From the sequence record OR567511.1: DNA of 64,000 nucleotides. The stretch is one strand, 5' to 3'. The notes under the pieces were generated by a model. The model ran no database searches. It was not told the origin of the DNA and saw nothing but the letters and a program-made list of their open reading frames with translations. Shown piece after piece: positions 1 to 8,881 of the stretch. Each line of letters starts with the position of its first letter. Within the stretch, counting starts at the first letter, position 1. A program made the position numbers and the translations under genes. The DNA is from Enterobacter phage vB_Ent31.

Positions 1-2214
1 TTACTCATCTTCACTTTCACCTTTTAAGGAAGGAGCGCTTTCCAGCGCTCTCATAATACGGGAAATATCTTCGGCATAATTAGCTACACGCCATTCGTTT
101 AGCATATGCTCGATGACAGGATATTCTTTCTCAAACTTTTTGAATGCAGCATCTACTTCAGCTGAAGCAGCATCCGTGAGTTTATTATAAATCCGAACAC
201 ATAAAGCTAAATCATCACGAATCTGTGAAGACCCGTCAGGGCTTGCCGTGATATAAGTGTTCTTCAGATTGCGTCCAATTTCATTGATACGAGATACTCG
301 TTCGCCATTATCTTTACCAGTAATGAATTTCAACAACCATTTTAACTCAGGCGTATTGATGATGTTACTTACAACACGGCGGTTAAAGAATGTTGATGGT
401 AGATATTCATCAGCATCCAGGTCGTCAATAATCTTGATGAATTCATCAACAATGAAACGGTCCAATGATTCAAGATTATCATTCAATTTAGCAACCTTGG
501 CTGAGTTTGGACGAATAACGTAGAACTCAGTTACGCCCAGTTCTTTAGCCAAAGTTCTGATAGTTTCAATATCAATTCCAGACCAGTACAGCTCTTCAGG
601 GAACGTACGAATCTCATCACGTGAACGGAAAATTGCATAACCTTCAAGTTCCGCAATATCGTCCTTGTTCATGAATAAGTCTTCAGAAGTCCACCAACCA
701 CCTTTAGCATCTAACTTATGCAATTGACCGTTAGGAGATTTTGGACGTGGTCCACCATCACCTTTAGATGAGTTTGAGTAATGCTCTTTCTCAAACTTAC
801 GGTATTCTTCCATCTCAGAAGACTTCATAATAATGATTTCGTCTTGGTCAAAAAGCTTAATGATGTAATCTTTAATCTTCATATGCTTAGGTTCTTCTGG
901 ATTAAGCATAATGAAGTTTGCATAACGATGGAAGTCTTTCAGATACATTCCGCGGAACATTGCTGCCCGACGTGAAGGCTTATCATCAATCATGATATGC
1001 ACTTTAGCATTCTGAACGTTCAGCAGACTTGTCACCGACATACGCTTTCTTGTGGACCACGAAGATGTTAAACGCCAGCGCTCAGAATCAATGTTTACAC
1101 GGTAAGTATAAATCATTGCATCTTCGATTTTCTTTTGAATATTGTCAGTATTATAAGCGTTACACCATTCAGCATAAGTCTTATCACCAAACATGATGTT
1201 CTGACGATTCAGAATAGCGCGTTGGTTTGAATCAAATTGAGACAGCTGACGAACCAGCTCACGCTTATTCTCAATGGACTGAAGATGTGCAATATCAGCT
1301 TCAAGAGTAGCTTTTTCTAAGCTGTTAACACGTTTCTTGATGTTCTCAATTGTAACATCATCCAGTGAAAGTTCTTCACGAGATGGAGTGATGTCCAATT
1401 CGCCAAGAGGGAAATTGACGTAAACACATCCATAACGATTCAGAAGCCAAGAACATTCAAGACCTTGGAATTGGTCAATCGGATAAACAATCTTACCGTA
1501 AACCGCATACAACCCACGAGAATCTTTTCCAAATCCATTAGGAGAATGGAACCACTCTACATCTTGTGGGAAAGATTCAATGTTAATGCTTGCGCCAGTA
1601 ATAATTGGCTTAACTGGCATAGGACGCATTACATAAGCAATTTCATGAGCAAATTTTTCAACGTCTTCAAGACGAACAGGAACAGTAATTTCAATACCAG
1701 TCTGCTCGCCTTCTTTCATTGGCTCAACGAACAGAGGACGAATATCAGGTTCGCCATTGTTCATCACAGCCATGTAACCGCGAGCTTCACCTTCGTGATA
1801 AGAAACGATAGTGAAGGATTTGGTATAGCTGAATGGAGATTTTGAACCAAGGCCCAGAGCACCGATGAAGTCGTTACTTTCAGCTTTTGTCGAAGCAAAG
1901 TAGCTATTGTACAGACCAGGTTCTTCGTCATTACCACGAATCTGGAAATCACTCATACCTGGACCAAAGTCACGAATAATGAATCGTGGGTCTAACTTAT
2001 TCGGACACTTGATTTCACACGGAACATCTTGCTTTCCATTCAGAATATGAGCATCAAGCCAGTTAGTTGTAAGCTCACGAACAACAGCACGGATTTTATT
2101 CTTATAGAGCTTATCAGACAAAATCATAAAGGCCTTGGGAGAGGCCTGAATGGTGAATTTAGTTTTCTTACCAGCAGAACCTAAAACTTCTTCATTATCA
2201 GCAATTAATTTCAT
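1..2214 (-). CDS. rIIA: rIIA membrane-associated protein with GHKL-type ATPase domain; 737 aa, complete
   Basis: Full-length ORF. N-terminal histidine-kinase-like ATPase motifs (DFGPGMS, GLGSKS) and overall similarity to T4 RIIA. Sits at the start of the T4 gene order. Confidence 0.9.
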   Translation of the reverse strand: MKLIADNEEVLGSAGKKTKFTIQASPKAFMILSDKLYKNKIRAVVRELTTNWLDAHILNGKQDVPCEIKCPNKLDPRFIIRDFGPGMSDFQIRGNDEEPGLYNSYFASTKAESNDFIGALGLGSKSPFSYTKSFTIVSYHEGEARGYMAVMNNGEPDIRPLFVEPMKEGEQTGIEITVPVRLEDVEKFAHEIAYVMRPMPVKPIITGASINIESFPQDVEWFHSPNGFGKDSRGLYAVYGKIVYPIDQFQGLECSWLLNRYGCVYVNFPLGELDITPSREELSLDDVTIENIKKRVNSLEKATLEADIAHLQSIENKRELVRQLSQFDSNQRAILNRQNIMFGDKTYAEWCNAYNTDNIQKKIEDAMIYTYRVNIDSERWRLTSSWSTRKRMSVTSLLNVQNAKVHIMIDDKPSRRAAMFRGMYLKDFHRYANFIMLNPEEPKHMKIKDYIIKLFDQDEIIIMKSSEMEEYRKFEKEHYSNSSKGDGGPRPKSPNGQLHKLDAKGGWWTSEDLFMNKDDIAELEGYAIFRSRDEIRTFPEELYWSGIDIETIRTLAKELGVTEFYVIRPNSAKVAKLNDNLESLDRFIVDEFIKIIDDLDADEYLPSTFFNRRVVSNIINTPELKWLLKFITGKDNGERVSRINEIGRNLKNTYITASPDGSSQIRDDLALCVRIYNKLTDAASAEVDAAFKKFEKEYPVIEHMLNEWRVANYAEDISRIMRALESAPSLKGESEDE

Positions 2215-2219
2215 ATCTC

Positions 2220-2426
2220 TCAGTCACAGTGTCGTTTTATTAGGTTAGCTACATCCAGAAGTTCTTCCGCAGTAGCCGTATCGGTGATAAAAATTTTATT
2301 ACGAATTTCTTTAAAGCGCTCTTTGAATTCTTCAGCTTCTCCAATGTCAAAGAAGCGTTGAATGATACGATACTCTTTGTAGATAGCATCGTCGAACAGT
2401 TCAGCAGAAGGTTTTAAAGTTAACAT
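2220..2426 (-). CDS. rIIA.1-like small protein (68 aa)
   Basis: Small ORF immediately upstream of rIIA on the same strand, in the T4 rIIA.1 position. Confidence 0.55.
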   Translation of the reverse strand: MLTLKPSAELFDDAIYKEYRIIQRFFDIGEAEEFKERFKEIRNKIFITDTATAEELLDVANLIKRHCD

Positions 2427-2704
2427 TTGATAGTTCCTATTGAGTTAAGGATTTTCGCCATTTGTTTTATTGTATACTTTTCTCGGCGATTGTAAACCAC
2501 CTTCAACGCGAACGTCCGAAGGTTCATAGGAATGGTCTGGCGAGTTTCAATACAGTTAACAATATAATCTATTGCCTGTTTGAATTTAATGTGATAGGGG
2601 TCATCTGGTGAACCTCCATGCTCAGTTAGATGTCTTTCTCCGTTCTGTTTGATACATTCTGCTACGTTTTCAAGATTTACCAAAGTTCCATCATCAAGAA
2701 TCAT
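2420..2704 (-). CDS. Hypothetical protein (94 aa)
   Basis: ORF with RBS GAGGTGAA. ATGA-type overlap with the downstream gene. Confidence 0.5.
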   Translation of the reverse strand: MILDDGTLVNLENVAECIKQNGERHLTEHGGSPDDPYHIKFKQAIDYIVNCIETRQTIPMNLRTFALKVVYNRREKYTIKQMAKILNSIGTIKC

Positions 2705-2715
2705 CTGTTCACCTC

Positions 2716-2743
2716 ATAAAAATGGGACTCCCAAAGGAGCCCC
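2716..2743 (-). terminator. Stem-loop GGGGCUCC-UUUG-GGAGUCCC followed by AUUUUUAU on the transcribed (minus) strand
   Basis: Inverted repeat with one G-U pair plus a U-run, between the 51-aa ORF and the 94-aa ORF. Confidence 0.5.
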
Positions 2744-2749
2744 TAATCA

Positions 2750-2905
2750 TTACCACGAAGCACGAGAAACAATGCCTGTGACTTTAGTATAAGAGCCGTT
2801 GGTATGTCTTACACGGATAGTGACAGTATCACCTGGGAGAGGCAGAGCATCTCCCCACATGTAGCCGTAACTTCCATCTACTAATGTTACCCAAATCTGT
2901 GACAT
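2750..2905 (-). CDS. Small hypothetical ORF (51 aa) between gene 39 and the rIIA.1 block
   Basis: Below the ORF-track cutoff. Strong RBS AAGGAGCTATTATG. Flanked by stem-loops. Confidence 0.35.
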   Translation of the reverse strand: MSQIWVTLVDGSYGYMWGDALPLPGDTVTIRVRHTNGSYTKVTGIVSRASW

Positions 2906-2921
2906 AATAGCTCCTTATTGT

Positions 2922-2940
2922 ATCGGGCAAGACGCCCGAT
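2922..2940 (-). other. Stem-loop AUCGGGC-GUCUU-GCCCGAU directly after the gene 39 stop
   Basis: Perfect 7-bp inverted repeat with no U-run, so likely an RNA stability or processing element rather than a terminator. Confidence 0.4.
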
Positions 2941-2944
2941 ATAT

Positions 2945-4819
2945 TTATTCGCTCATCCACACCTTACGTGGATGAGCATCGTCACCCATAACCATCTCGA
3001 AGAGTTCTTTCCAGTTTTCCGGAAGAGAAACTACATCATAATGAGGTTCTTGGATTACTCGTTCATATTCGTCTTCTTCCAAAGAACCGAGCCCTTTGAT
3101 GTAACGAAGTTTCCAACCAGCAAGTTCATCTTTTTCAGCTTCATATTCAGCGGCAGTGTAATACCACTTCTGTTTGTCTCCTTTACTCATGATAATAACA
3201 GGAGTTTTGACGAAGCGAATTCGGCCTTCTTCAAACAGACGAGGCCAATTACTGAAGAATGCCAGAAGACTTGGATAGATTGAACCTGTTCCGTCAACAT
3301 CCGCGTCAGTCATGATAGCGATGTTTTTATAGTTCAGACTTTCATAATCTTCGCCAATAGTCAGTCCAGTAATTGCGCAGATATCGAAGACTTCTTTGTT
3401 CTTCATTGCTTCTGCTGCGGTCATTCCCCAAGTATTCAGGAACTTACCACGAAGTGGATAACCACCATGAAGTTTACGGTCACGAGTAGTCAGAAGATAA
3501 CCAATTGCAGAATCACCTTCTGTTAAGAACAGAGTGGTTTCTTCTTTATCATTACCATAAAGCTCTGGTTTAATGTGTTTAGCAACTTTAGCCTTTGAAG
3601 CGGCCTTTGCAGCTTTAGTTTCAGCAGCTTTCTCTGCCGCCAATTTACGAGCAAGCATAGCTTCAATGATTGGCATATGAATTGCTTCGGACTTCATAAC
3701 TTGTTGAGCAAGTTTTTTGTAGTCTAAGTTCAAATGAGCTTTAACTTCACCCCACGGAGATGTCAGACGTTCTTTAGTCTGAGAATCAAATCGCATGTTG
3801 CTCATATCACGAACGAACATCACGAAAGTAAAACACTCTTTGATACGAGCTTTGTTTACTTCCAATTTGTACTTGCGTTTGAGCATTGGGATAAGTTCAT
3901 TTGACAATTCGTCAACAACCAAATCAACATGAGAACCACCCTTAGAAGTATGGATGTTATTCACGTAAGTCAGTTGACGGAAACCATCATCAGAACGACC
4001 AATTGCAATTGAACAATTATCTTCATCAGCTACAATAGCTTCTTCATCAAATTGCTTAGCGAATTTCTTGAATCCGCCATTGACTTTTTTGCCTTGGAAT
4101 TTGAATTCAATATCCGGGAATACTACTGCCAGAGTTTGAAGACGGTCAAGAACAATTGATTCATCTACTTCTGTAAGTCCTGAACTTTCGAAGTGACTGA
4201 AGTCAGGAATGAACGATACTCGAGTTCCGGTCTTGGTTTGAATGAACTCTTTTTCCTTTGCTGGCTTACTATCCCAAGAGATATTCTCAGCCCCATTAGA
4301 GCATCGAACGATGATTTCGTTTTGTCCGTCACAAGTAGCTCCTGCAAAAGTTACAGAGAAAATATTAGTCAGTGCAGAACCGACACCATTCATACCACCA
4401 GTTTTGCGTTCAGCATCATCGCCAAAGTTACCACCGGCACGTGGACGAGTCCAAGCAGCTACTGGTCCAGGAATTTCATCACCTTCTGGAGTGACTACTG
4501 GAGCTTGTGGAAGACCACGACCATTATCTGTTACGATAACTTTATTGCCTTTGAGCTCAACTGAAATTTTATTTGCAAACTTGAAGTTGGTACGAATTGC
4601 TTCATCGACTGAGTTATCAATGATTTCGTCAATCAGCTTGATTACGCCAGGAACATAAGTTACACTTTGGAATTTACCAAACAGAAAACGTTCATGAGCT
4701 TCCATAGCTGAAGAGCCGATGTACATACCAGAGCGCTTAATGATATGCTCTCGGTCTGACAGAATTTTAATTTCGTTCTTAATCATCATTTGTCCTCGTT
4801 TAGGTGAACATTCTAACAT
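2945..4819 (-). CDS. 39: DNA topoisomerase II large subunit: GyrB-like ATPase plus TOPRIM, an unsplit gene 39+60 fusion (624 aa)
   Basis: GHKL ATPase motifs (NGRGLP, GGMNGVGS) and TOPRIM DADVDG in one ORF. No separate gene 60 and no bypass element. Confidence 0.9.
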   Translation of the reverse strand: MLECSPKRGQMMIKNEIKILSDREHIIKRSGMYIGSSAMEAHERFLFGKFQSVTYVPGVIKLIDEIIDNSVDEAIRTNFKFANKISVELKGNKVIVTDNGRGLPQAPVVTPEGDEIPGPVAAWTRPRAGGNFGDDAERKTGGMNGVGSALTNIFSVTFAGATCDGQNEIIVRCSNGAENISWDSKPAKEKEFIQTKTGTRVSFIPDFSHFESSGLTEVDESIVLDRLQTLAVVFPDIEFKFQGKKVNGGFKKFAKQFDEEAIVADEDNCSIAIGRSDDGFRQLTYVNNIHTSKGGSHVDLVVDELSNELIPMLKRKYKLEVNKARIKECFTFVMFVRDMSNMRFDSQTKERLTSPWGEVKAHLNLDYKKLAQQVMKSEAIHMPIIEAMLARKLAAEKAAETKAAKAASKAKVAKHIKPELYGNDKEETTLFLTEGDSAIGYLLTTRDRKLHGGYPLRGKFLNTWGMTAAEAMKNKEVFDICAITGLTIGEDYESLNYKNIAIMTDADVDGTGSIYPSLLAFFSNWPRLFEEGRIRFVKTPVIIMSKGDKQKWYYTAAEYEAEKDELAGWKLRYIKGLGSLEEDEYERVIQEPHYDVVSLPENWKELFEMVMGDDAHPRKVWMSE

Positions 4820-4834
4820 TCAAATCTTAAAGCA

Positions 4835-5221
4835 TTACATCCGAGAGATTTTTTCTTCAAGTTCTGCTTTGTATTGTAACAAATGAGTTTTAGCTTCTTC
4901 ACCATAAATTGCATCATAGGTTGGGTTATACATGCTATACAGTCCCTTTTCACGACGCTTTTTATAGAACTTATGGCGCACTTCACGAAAATTAGTATAT
5001 GCGTATATATCAACACCATAATACGCTTCGCACTCATAGCTTCCGTCTTCGTTTTGATGAACATGCTCATGACGAATCTCATAATACTTTTCAAGCCAAA
5101 TATAGCTTCCATCGACTATACGAGTAGGCCATAAAGCAAACTTCCTGCGCCCAAGCGCATTGTTCACAATTTTGAGTTGCTTGAGCAAATTTTTATGCTC
5201 TACAGTTAAACCGAATCTCAT
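4835..5221 (-). CDS. Hypothetical protein (128 aa)
   Basis: ORF downstream of an early promoter. His/Tyr-rich. No confident family assignment. Confidence 0.5.
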   Translation of the reverse strand: MRFGLTVEHKNLLKQLKIVNNALGRRKFALWPTRIVDGSYIWLEKYYEIRHEHVHQNEDGSYECEAYYGVDIYAYTNFREVRHKFYKKRREKGLYSMYNPTYDAIYGEEAKTHLLQYKAELEEKISRM

Positions 5222-5244
5222 ACTGTTCTCCTCTTTGTAGAGCT

Positions 5245-5274
5245 ATTTTATCATACTTTGTAGAGAAAGTAAAC
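5245..5274 (-). promoter_or_regulatory. T4-type early promoter GTTTAC-N18-TAAAAT (TGa extended -10)
   Basis: Read on the minus strand: GTTTACTTTCTCTACAAAGTATGATAAAAT, upstream of the 128-aa ORF. Confidence 0.55.
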
Positions 5275-5297
5275 AACAAAGGGCCCGAAGGCCCTTT
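5275..5297 (-). terminator. Intrinsic terminator GGGCC-UUCG-GGCCC followed by UUUGUUGUUU
   Basis: UUCG-tetraloop hairpin plus U-rich tail right after the SGNH-hydrolase stop. Copy 1 of 4 of this element. Confidence 0.7.
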
Positions 5298-5299
5298 CA

Positions 5300-6835
5300 T
5301 TATACTTTACCTTGCAGAACGTTAGTGAACTGCGAACCACGCCAGAAGTAGCCTTGGTCATTCGGGTGAACGTTATCGCTTGAGGTATACAGATTTGCGT
5401 TCTCTGCAGTAACCCAACCTTTAACATCTACGAACTCTAAGTCTAACTCAGTAGTAAGTTCAATCAGTGCGTCACGAATCGCTGCGATTTGGTCAGTCAT
5501 TCCAAGAGGAGTTGCTGGTCCAAATACGATAATTTTAGCTTGTGGCTGATATTGCTTAATCAGAGCAATAGACTCTCTGAAGTTAGTTTTAAGCAAATCA
5601 ATTCTGCCAGCCGGAGCGTCATTATAGCCTAAAGCTAAAGTAATGATATCCGGAGTAAAACTCAGAGTTGCAAGCTTAGCTGTGATACGAGCTTGAGGCT
5701 GAGTTGAGTTTGTTGAAGTCCAACCAGAACCACCGATACCATCAGCTAATCCAACTAAACCAAGCTTATCACAATAGAAACGGAAGTCGTTAAACGACGC
5801 CTGAGTTGCCATTGTACCGAAAGTGTAAGAGTCACCAAGCTGCCAAATCATCTTAGCCGGACGAGTAATCGCAGTGATAGTTTTTCCAGTATCAACATAA
5901 ATTCCACCAAAGGCAGTATTCACGCCAACAAGAGAATATTCACGCATTTGCTCAACACCGTTCCAATCGATGCTATAGATGTAAACTGCACCAGAAGAAT
6001 CAGTAGTGACTGAAGTTGCAGAAATACGCTGTCCATCTACATAAAGATCATACTTGGAGTTATTGCCAGCGAGTTTGAAATCAATTTTGCTTGAATCGGT
6101 TTTGAAATTAACTCGGCATTGAGTTCCGTTGCCGGTACCATTTCCTCTGAACCCAGAAACTGCGTCTTTGATATCAGAACCCCAATAAGTGATTTTAGCA
6201 TCAGTACGAGCAATCGTTACACCAGCATAAATCGTTGAAGCTACACCAGCATTAGTTGTTACAGTGAATTTAGCACCTGTGCCAGTTCCGCCTGTCGCTG
6301 AAATTTCACCGGTAGGAGCAGTTGCGTACACACCAGGTTTGCGAATTTGAGCTGTTGTAATTGCGCCATCAGCACCTACAGCAGTTACTCGAATCTGTCC
6401 AGGAACATCTCCTTCTGCTCCGGGGATATCAACAATATCTCCGAACACATATCCAGTACCACCAGAAATTATAGTAGCAGTTCCAGATAATCCAACGCCT
6501 TTAATCAATTTTTGAGTAGGCGGATTTGACATTACCGCAACCGGTTGAAGCATTGGTCCTAACGGCGGTTGAGGGTCTGGAACATCTACAGTATATTCGC
6601 TTAATGTGTATTGATAACCATTTTTAGATTCAATGAAATTAACTTCACCATAATCTACATAAGCTTGTTTGAGAGTATCAATTTGAGGGGCATATTGAGG
6701 GTCAGCGTATTCACGCCAATCTTTACCTTCTTCCTTGGCTTTAATAAGGATGTTATGAATCCACCAAGGAAGGTAAAGAAAACTTGTATTACGCCACGGA
6801 ATAGGATGTACCGTGGTCCAAATATCTATAGCCAT
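5300..6835 (-). CDS. SGNH/GDSL-family hydrolase with a large N-terminal Gly/Thr-rich beta-rich domain (511 aa)
   Basis: C-terminal blocks GDSYTFG (GDS-x), GYND and DNVHPN (D-x-x-H) are typical of SGNH esterases/lipases. The N-terminal ~350 aa are Gly/Thr/Ala-rich and look like a carbohydrate-binding or Ig-like region. Confidence 0.6.
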   Translation of the reverse strand: MAIDIWTTVHPIPWRNTSFLYLPWWIHNILIKAKEEGKDWREYADPQYAPQIDTLKQAYVDYGEVNFIESKNGYQYTLSEYTVDVPDPQPPLGPMLQPVAVMSNPPTQKLIKGVGLSGTATIISGGTGYVFGDIVDIPGAEGDVPGQIRVTAVGADGAITTAQIRKPGVYATAPTGEISATGGTGTGAKFTVTTNAGVASTIYAGVTIARTDAKITYWGSDIKDAVSGFRGNGTGNGTQCRVNFKTDSSKIDFKLAGNNSKYDLYVDGQRISATSVTTDSSGAVYIYSIDWNGVEQMREYSLVGVNTAFGGIYVDTGKTITAITRPAKMIWQLGDSYTFGTMATQASFNDFRFYCDKLGLVGLADGIGGSGWTSTNSTQPQARITAKLATLSFTPDIITLALGYNDAPAGRIDLLKTNFRESIALIKQYQPQAKIIVFGPATPLGMTDQIAAIRDALIELTTELDLEFVDVKGWVTAENANLYTSSDNVHPNDQGYFWRGSQFTNVLQGKV

Positions 6836-6866
6836 AATGTTCTCCTTATAGTCTATAGATATTTAT

Positions 6867-7079
6867 TTAAGCTTTACTAAAGAAAGGATGCTCATGGATA
6901 AAATTATGAGGCCAAGCGGCCAAAGAACGAGCATTGCGCTTTAATTGACGTAATTGTCGGCGAGTTAATGGAGTTGAAGTATAGCTTGAAATTGTACGCT
7001 TATTAATTTTGACTGAAGTCATAAAAGTCAAATCTTTGCGGTACGGATGTTTGCCAAAACTCTTTTTAATTTCCATCAT
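6867..7079 (-). CDS. Hypothetical basic protein (70 aa)
   Basis: ORF with ATGA overlap to the upstream lipoprotein gene. Confidence 0.45.
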   Translation of the reverse strand: MMEIKKSFGKHPYRKDLTFMTSVKINKRTISSYTSTPLTRRQLRQLKRNARSLAAWPHNFIHEHPFFSKA

Positions 7080-7336
7080 TCAAACCTAATTGTAGAGTTC
7101 TTAAAGAACATACCAGAGCAAACAGCACCCTTGACAGGAATACCCGTAGGACCTTTAGCAGTGAAACCTGTAGAGAAAGCATCTTTATCACAACTCAGCC
7201 ATGCGTAACCTGTGAATTCAATTTCGCTAAATCCATTAGCTTTAAGAATACGCTCTGCGCCTGTTTCATCTGTGCAACTAGACAGAATACCAATAGATAG
7301 AATAGCTGCAATCAAACCCATTACAAACACTTTCAT
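7076..7336 (-). CDS. Predicted lipoprotein (86 aa)
   Basis: Signal peptide MKVFVMGLIAAILSIGILSSC with a lipobox (LSSC). Confidence 0.6.
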   Translation of the reverse strand: MKVFVMGLIAAILSIGILSSCTDETGAERILKANGFSEIEFTGYAWLSCDKDAFSTGFTAKGPTGIPVKGAVCSGMFFKNSTIRFE

Positions 7337-7428
7337 TTCTTGGTTACCTTAATAATTTTGCCGCTATGAAGTTTAATAACCCGGCTTTCGCCGGATTTCA
7401 TGAATTTAATACGTGGACGCGTACCCAT
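7333..7428 (-). CDS. Tiny basic ORF (31 aa)
   Basis: ATGA overlaps at both ends (FmdB ORF stop and lipoprotein start). Not in the ORF track. Confidence 0.25.
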   Translation of the reverse strand: MGTRPRIKFMKSGESRVIKLHSGKIIKVTKK

Positions 7429-7604
7429 TAATAGTCACCACTTTTAAGTCCATCATAATGAACTGCCGGAGCAGAAACTACTCGTTTCATTTCGCCTTCG
7501 CAATTCAAGAATTTGCATGGCTGCGGATTATCGCGCTCAGAAATTTTAACATTCTTTTCTGATTTTTCACCACAAGCTTCGCATTGATAATCATACAATG
7601 GCAT
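7428..7604 (-). CDS. FmdB-family zinc-ribbon protein (58 aa)
   Basis: MPLYDYQCEACGEKSE...CKFLNCEG matches the MPxYxYxCxxCG...C-x-x-C signature of the FmdB/zinc-ribbon regulatory family. Not in the ORF track (<60 aa). Confidence 0.5.
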   Translation of the reverse strand: MPLYDYQCEACGEKSEKNVKISERDNPQPCKFLNCEGEMKRVVSAPAVHYDGLKSGDY

Positions 7605-7938
7605 TGACAGCCTCCGACCACTTTTTAGTTTTAAGATGAAGTTGACGATTCAACTCTTCGGTAACTGCAAGAGCAACTTCTTCATGAGAAGCTCCGTCCA
7701 TTTTATCACGCATATGCAACCAAAGAGCATCAATTACACAATTAATTACATCTGCGCATTCGCCAGCAAAGATTTCCTTCTGGCGATGAGGACGATTAAT
7801 CCAATCACACATTTCACCAGTTTCAGAAGAAAGCTGTAACATTACGGATGTGATGTTGCGCCATGGTTTACGTTCGGTATAATTAGCCGAAACACGAAGT
7901 ACTGGAGTGATATCTAATACTTGCATTATTTCTTCCAT
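7591..7938 (-). CDS. Hypothetical protein, possibly a MazG-like all-alpha NTP pyrophosphohydrolase (115 aa)
   Basis: Acidic-helix motifs (SETGEM...ECADVINCVIDAL) reminiscent of MazG/HisE; weak. Confidence 0.4.
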   Translation of the reverse strand: MEEIMQVLDITPVLRVSANYTERKPWRNITSVMLQLSSETGEMCDWINRPHRQKEIFAGECADVINCVIDALWLHMRDKMDGASHEEVALAVTEELNRQLHLKTKKWSEAVNAIV

Positions 7939-8603
7939 TTCATAGTTTTGAGAATTTCAATAGCTTGTTTTCGTTCAAATTCACTTTCAATTCTGAACAC
8001 CATTGTGCCTTCAACTTCTGCATTCCACTCTTCATCTTCAGAAATATTTTCAATCTCATCTTCAAGAGTCATTTCTTCATCTTCGAAAAAGTGTTCGTTA
8101 ATAAATCCAGGATGAACCACGTCAAAGTATTTAAGTTCAGATTTAACTAAAGCGAAATTAAGCACTTGAAGAGTTCCAGTTACGTCACGGAACGAAATTC
8201 TTTTAGTGCGAGAATAACCACAAGTATAGTCAACAACTTCTACAGTAAATGGCTTTGTTCCTACACTTAAAGCCCAACGCTTATTGATTGGACTAAGAGC
8301 AACAAAAGAATGCAAATCTTTGCAACGATATACTGTTCCTGGAACCCATTCTGATGATTTTTCGACAACATCAAAATAATTAGATTCTTTATCATAAAGA
8401 TAAAAGAACTCTGGCGAACGAGTTCCATCTGCCATTACAGCCTCAGAAACGTCCTTTCCATCCATGGCCGCAACAGTAAATGAGCCTCCATGAATTTCAA
8501 TAAAGCGGCTAATATCTTCGTTATACGGCTCTAATTTAACAAATGAATCTTCTAATTCTGGGTCAAGACGGTAAGTTAATCCAAGTTTATATTCTGTGGC
8601 CAT
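7926..8603 (-). CDS. Hypothetical protein (225 aa)
   Basis: Long ORF with an acidic C-terminus. Confidence 0.5.
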   Translation of the reverse strand: MATEYKLGLTYRLDPELEDSFVKLEPYNEDISRFIEIHGGSFTVAAMDGKDVSEAVMADGTRSPEFFYLYDKESNYFDVVEKSSEWVPGTVYRCKDLHSFVALSPINKRWALSVGTKPFTVEVVDYTCGYSRTKRISFRDVTGTLQVLNFALVKSELKYFDVVHPGFINEHFFEDEEMTLEDEIENISEDEEWNAEVEGTMVFRIESEFERKQAIEILKTMKWKK

Positions 8604-8821
8604 TAGTAAGTTTCCTTCCAGTATTCTGTGCCATCGTTAGAGATTTGACGGAACATACCATAGATTGGTAGAGCGTCACCAGCGTTTTCATAAACATAAG
8701 CAATTTGGGTGTGCTCAAGGTGACCCGTAACATCTTTCTGAACTACCACTAAGTCTGGGTTGTACAGAGTATCTTCAAATTCGTCACGAGTGATGCCGGT
8801 AATGATAGGTTCGTTTTTCAT
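8603..8821 (-). CDS. Hypothetical protein (72 aa)
   Basis: ORF directly downstream of an early-promoter cassette. Confidence 0.5.
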   Translation of the reverse strand: MKNEPIITGITRDEFEDTLYNPDLVVVQKDVTGHLEHTQIAYVYENAGDALPIYGMFRQISNDGTEYWKETY

Positions 8822-8846
8822 AATTTTTTCCTCATTGGTTTTGATA

Positions 8847-8881
8847 GGGCTATAGTATCATAGCCCTCAAGGAAAGTAAAC
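8847..8881 (-). promoter_or_regulatory. Early-promoter cassette with stem-loop: GTTTAC-N18-TACTAT, hairpin GGGCUAU-GAUACU-AUAGCCC over the -10
   Basis: Minus-strand read: GTTTACTTTCCTTGAGGGCTATGATACTATAGCCC. About 40 bp nearly identical to the cassette at 60219-60253. Confidence 0.6.

Noticed and set aside
257-523. Plus-strand ORFs inside rIIA (257..523, 781..975, 1465..1845)
   Set aside because: They lie antisense within a well-supported minus-strand gene, have no RBS, and have low-complexity composition. They are shadow ORFs.
4193-4658. Plus-strand ORFs 4193..4564 and 4242..4658, antisense to gene 39
   Set aside because: Shadow frames of the topoisomerase gene. The whole window is transcribed from the minus strand.
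4813-5112. 99-aa ORF overlapping the 128-aa ORF 4835..5221
   Set aside because: It is a different frame with poorer composition. The 128-aa frame is directly served by the early promoter at 5245-5274.
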